Below are positions 16,874-20,000 of a stretch of 20,000 nucleotides of DNA, piece after piece. The position numbers and the translations under genes were made by a program. Numbering within the stretch: the first letter of the stretch is position 1; each line of letters opens with the position of its first letter. This DNA is from an uncultured virus (IMG/VR IMGVR_UViG_2875882051_000003) (lineage: Duplodnaviria > Heunggongvirae > Uroviricota > Caudoviricetes), in IMG/VR virus record IMGVR_UViG_2875882051_000003, one strand, 5' to 3'. The notes under the pieces are model-generated. The model had not been told where the DNA came from, searched no databases, and worked only from the letters and a program-made list of their open reading frames with translations.

Positions 16874-16948
16874 AAAAAAGCGGCAGCCGTAGCTGCCACC
16901 AGTCCATTTTGCATAATTAGTATAACTCAAATTTATTAATAAGGTCAA
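16874..16948 (-). ncRNA. Candidate ~40-nt SigA sRNA
   Basis: Minus strand TTGACC-N18-TATACT. GC-rich stem gtggcagc-UACG-gctgccgc followed by U6. Confidence 0.55.
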
Positions 16949-17000
16949 GAAGAGAGATATGTAGTTGTTTTATTAATATTACTTGTATTAAAGGGGGGAA

Positions 17001-17264
17001 ATGTTTATGTCTAATTTTAGTATTAATGATAATCCATTTGGGATGATATTAATTATCTTTCCACTACTTACATTTATTATATCTCTAATTTTACAACTTT
17101 TAATTAAGAAAAAAGTAATTGTTTTAAGCATTATTTTTATATGGTATTTAATTGCTACATTTGTTTTATTTAATACAACTTTTCTAATATGGTGTTTTGT
17201 TTATACGGGTATATCATTAGTTGGAACATTTAGTGCAGATTTAATTCTTAAACATAAGAGATAA
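17001..17264 (+). CDS. Small three-TM membrane protein (DUF2651/YbeF-like)
   Basis: Hydrophobic throughout, FNTTFLIW.FVYT motif, RBS AAGGGGG (true start may be 17007). Confidence 0.7.
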   Translation: MFMSNFSINDNPFGMILIIFPLLTFIISLILQLLIKKKVIVLSIIFIWYLIATFVLFNTTFLIWCFVYTGISLVGTFSADLILKHKR

Positions 17265-17440
17265 CTTACTTTATAATTCTTTTATAAATAGTAGATATAT
17301 TACAATCAGTAATACTTATATTTATTAATTCTCATTAAACACCATAATTTACTTGATATTATCAATCTCTATATTAAAGGAATTTAGAAGAAAATGTAGA
17401 AATTAAAGTATTGAAAGTAAAATTTAAGGGGGATGTTTTA

Positions 17441-17878
17441 ATGAAGAACTTTAAGAGATTGATAGCTAGTTTTGTTACATTAATAACAATATTAGCAGCA
17501 ACACCGTTAGCAGCACATGCAGAATGGAAAAATAATTCTAACGGATGGTGGTATACAGAAGGAAACTCATGGGCTACTGGATGGAGATACATAGATGGGA
17601 ACTGGTATTATTTCTATTCTAATGGTTACATGGCTAAAGATTGTTATATTGGAGATTATTATTTACGTGGAGATGGAGCGTGGACAACTCCTCCTTCAAA
17701 GAGTAGTAGTGGAAGTACGGCAAGCAATACTAATAATGATCAAAGTCAAACAGTGTATGTATCAAAGAATGGTATATATCATTCAAGTCCAACTGCACAT
17801 GGTATGAAATATTATACTACTATGTCTTTAGCTGATGCTCAAAAGGCAGGGTATAGAGCTTGTGAAAAATGTTATTAA
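17441..17878 (+). CDS. Secreted cell-wall-binding repeat protein with a C-terminal Ada-like metal-binding module
   Basis: Signal peptide ending AHA-EWK, CWB repeats, Ser/Asn linker, VYVSKNGIYH...SLADAQKAGYRACEKC. Confidence 0.8.
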   Translation: MKNFKRLIASFVTLITILAATPLAAHAEWKNNSNGWWYTEGNSWATGWRYIDGNWYYFYSNGYMAKDCYIGDYYLRGDGAWTTPPSKSSSGSTASNTNNDQSQTVYVSKNGIYHSSPTAHGMKYYTTMSLADAQKAGYRACEKCY

Positions 17879-17899
17879 TATAATAAAGGATAATATATA

Positions 17900-17949
17900 A
17901 AAAAATAGAGGTAGTACTAAATGTTTTTTTAGTACTATCCTCTATTTTT
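17900..17949 (+). terminator. Terminator
   Basis: aaaaatagaggtagtactaaa / tttagtactatcctctattttt. Confidence 0.75.
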
Positions 17950-17988
17950 ATTAGATGGAATAATTATGATTTCTTCAATAAATAATTA

Positions 17989-18016
17989 TTGACACAATAT
18001 AGAAAGAATATACAAT
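17989..18016 (+). promoter_or_regulatory. SigA promoter
   Basis: TTGACA-N16-TACAAT. Confidence 0.65.
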
Positions 18017-18040
18017 AATAGTAGACAAAGGGGGATTAAA

Positions 18041-19000
18041 ATGACAAAAACTAAAAAAGTTATTAGCTTATTACTAACTTTATTATTTTCATTGTTTCTA
18101 ATATCATGTGGGAAAAGTTCTCAAGTCGATAATGTTAATAATACTAATAGTACAACAGCAGCTACTACAGAAACAAAAATAGAAACTCAAAAAACTTTAG
18201 AAGATTTAAAGATACATTATATAGATGTTGGACAAGGCGATAGTGAATTAATTCAAATAGGAGATAAAAATATATTAATCGACGCAGGAACTAGTGATAA
18301 AAAGGCTTTAGATTATCTTAAATCAATTGGAATCACTACAATAGATTATGCAATTGCAACTCATCCACATGAAGATCATATAGGTAGCATGGATGATGTT
18401 ATCAATAATTTAAAAGTTGGAACTTTTTATGCGCCTAAAGCAACAACAACAACTAAGACATTTGAGAATATGGTAGATGCTTTAAAAAACAAAAACTTGA
18501 AAATGAATGTACCAAAAGTAGGAGATCAAATTACGGTAGGAGACGCAACATTAACATTTTTAGCTCCTAATAGTGCTAAGTATGAAGATTTAAATAATTA
18601 TTCTATTGTCTGCAAATTGAAATATGGAAATAATTCATTCATATTTATGGGAGATGCTGAAGATGTAAGTGAGGGCGAGATACTGAAAAAACAATTAGAT
18701 ATACAGGCTGATGTTCTAAAAGTTGGGCACCATGGAAGTCATTCGTCTACAACTCAAGCATTTTTAGATAAAGTAAACCCTAAATATGCAGTTATAAGTT
18801 GTGAAAAAGGTAATGATTATGGACACCCACACGAAGAAACTTTAGATAAACTAAATGCTAAAAATATTAATGTATTTAGAACAGATTTAGAAGGAACAGT
18901 AATAGCAACAAGTGATGGAACAAATATAACATTCAATGTTAAGCCAGTTGATAAGGCTAATGACATAGCTCCTAAAAAAACTAATAAAAAAGATAATTAA
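18041..19000 (+). CDS. ComEC/Rec2-like metallo-beta-lactamase-fold lipoprotein (putative nuclease/phosphoesterase)
   Basis: Lipobox LISC; IDVGQGDS, THPHEDHIG, FMGDAE, LKVGHHGS, NDYGHPH and RTD..G motifs. Confidence 0.88.
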   Translation: MTKTKKVISLLLTLLFSLFLISCGKSSQVDNVNNTNSTTAATTETKIETQKTLEDLKIHYIDVGQGDSELIQIGDKNILIDAGTSDKKALDYLKSIGITTIDYAIATHPHEDHIGSMDDVINNLKVGTFYAPKATTTTKTFENMVDALKNKNLKMNVPKVGDQITVGDATLTFLAPNSAKYEDLNNYSIVCKLKYGNNSFIFMGDAEDVSEGEILKKQLDIQADVLKVGHHGSHSSTTQAFLDKVNPKYAVISCEKGNDYGHPHEETLDKLNAKNINVFRTDLEGTVIATSDGTNITFNVKPVDKANDIAPKKTNKKDN

Positions 19001-19006
19001 ATTTAT

Positions 19007-19038
19007 AAATCAGTAGTCATTATGTCTGCTGATTTTTT
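19007..19038 (+). terminator. Terminator
   Basis: aaatcagtag/ctgctgattt followed by a T run. Confidence 0.7.
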
Positions 19039-19214
19039 ATATCCATATATTAATATTCTATAAAATAAATACAAATATAATTATGGGAAAATCATTAAGT
19101 TTCTATCATTTCATTTCGATAATTTGCATTATGTAATAATATATTTTCTGGATAAAAACATATGAATTTAAAGAAAATAAATGATTATATGGAAAAAGTA
19201 AGAGGAAAATTTTC

Positions 19215-19265
19215 TTTACAAGATAACGAAAGTTAAATATAATATATTTATGAGAACGTATGTTT
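19215..19265 (+). promoter_or_regulatory. SigA promoter with a downstream LexA (SOS) box
   Basis: TTTACA-N17-TATAAT (19215-19243) and GAAC-gtat-GTTT (19254-19265). Confidence 0.7.
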
Positions 19266-19401
19266 GCATAAGACGTGGATTTTATTAAAGGAATCGAGAA
19301 AATATTGAACTTAAGTATGGTAGAAGGATGTAAGTGGATACTATTTAAAATATGGTAAAGTTTATTTTTCTAATAATGTTGTGATAAAAGGAATGATAGC
19401 T

Positions 19402-19584
19402 ATGGTAATAAAAGATAAAGAATTAGATATAAATTTAGTAAGTGCTGTGGAGAAATATTTAAAACTAAATTACAGTGATCTATATAATAAGAATAATTTA
19501 GGAATAGTATTTGAAGAAGCTAAGGAAGATGATGAACTTAAGTTAAAAATATTTAATTCAATAAGAAGATTTATAATGAATTAA
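19402..19584 (+). CDS. Small hypothetical protein (60 aa)
   Basis: AAAGGA 9 nt before the ATG at 19402. No recognisable domain. Confidence 0.6.
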   Translation: MVIKDKELDINLVSAVEKYLKLNYSDLYNKNNLGIVFEEAKEDDELKLKIFNSIRRFIMN

Positions 19585-19673
19585 CGTAAAAAGATATTTA
19601 ATAACAAATTATCATTAGAAATTATATATTATGTTAAAATCAAATTGAAGATTTAGAGTTTTCTTAGAAATCA

Positions 19674-19718
19674 CCCAATAACGTAATGTGATATTTTATA
19701 TCAGTATTCGTTATTGGG
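19674..19718. promoter_or_regulatory. Inverted repeat / paired operator upstream of the Xre gene
   Basis: CCCAATAACG...CGTTATTGGG, containing ATAAC-N7-GATAT and ATATC-N7-GTTAT. Confidence 0.55.
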
Positions 19719-19781
19719 ATAAGTATATAGAAATTTTTATAGTAAATAAATTTATAATTCCTGGTATAGGAGATGACACAT

Positions 19782-20000
19782 ATGATAAGAATTTGTTTAT
19801 CTAGAGTATTAGGGGAAAAAAGATGGACTCAAGCTTATTTGGCTAAAAAAACTGAAATAAGGCCTAATACTATTTCGGAACTTTATCATGAATTAAATAA
19901 TAGGGTGAATTTAGATCATATTGATAAAATATGTGAAGTGGTAGGATGTGATCTTACAGATATATTAAAATACGAACCTAATAAAAAGAAAACCGATTAA
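19782..20000 (+). CDS. Xre/Cro-C1 HTH transcriptional regulator (HTH_26-like)
   Basis: WTQAYLAKKTEIRPNTISELYHE...LDHIDKICEVVGCDLTDIL.Y. AGGAG 9 nt before the ATG at 19782. Confidence 0.88.
   Translation: MIRICLSRVLGEKRWTQAYLAKKTEIRPNTISELYHELNNRVNLDHIDKICEVVGCDLTDILKYEPNKKKTD

Noticed and set aside
17595..17807. Alternate-frame ORF inside the cell-wall-binding gene
   Set aside because: Fully nested with no convincing translation signal.
18041..19000. Calling this gene comEC or a beta-lactamase
   Set aside because: It lacks the ComEC transmembrane domain, and the MBL fold alone does not imply resistance.
11512..20000. Prophage right boundary (attR), tRNA or known riboswitch
   Set aside because: None recognisable by eye, so it is unproven that the cargo region belongs to the prophage.

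Overview
AT-rich Firmicute DNA, probably Clostridium sensu stricto of the beijerinckii/saccharoperbutylacetonicum type (inference from gene style). Bases 1-11.5 kb are the distal end of a PBSX/Mu-like contractile-tail prophage or tailocin: xkdP/Q/R/S/T/U-like genes, two fibre genes, XhlA-like and holin-like genes, and a GH25 endolysin, interrupted by two morons. Bases 11.6-20 kb are a cargo region with two orphan ABC substrate-binding proteins, lipoproteins, a cell-wall-binding protein, a ComEC-like MBL hydrolase, a LexA-boxed promoter and an Xre regulator. The most unusual signal is non-coding. About a dozen ORF-less 40-230 nt promoter-to-terminator units fill the intergenic gaps. Three near-tandem minus-strand units share a SigK-like ACA-N15/16-AATATATTA promoter and four have SigG-like G(T/A)ATA-N17/18-(C/A)ATA(C/A)TA promoters. 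Several carry CU-rich, anti-Shine-Dalgarno-like loops. This is a candidate prophage-associated, sporulation-stage sRNA island. All calls were made by eye, with no database search or folding computation.
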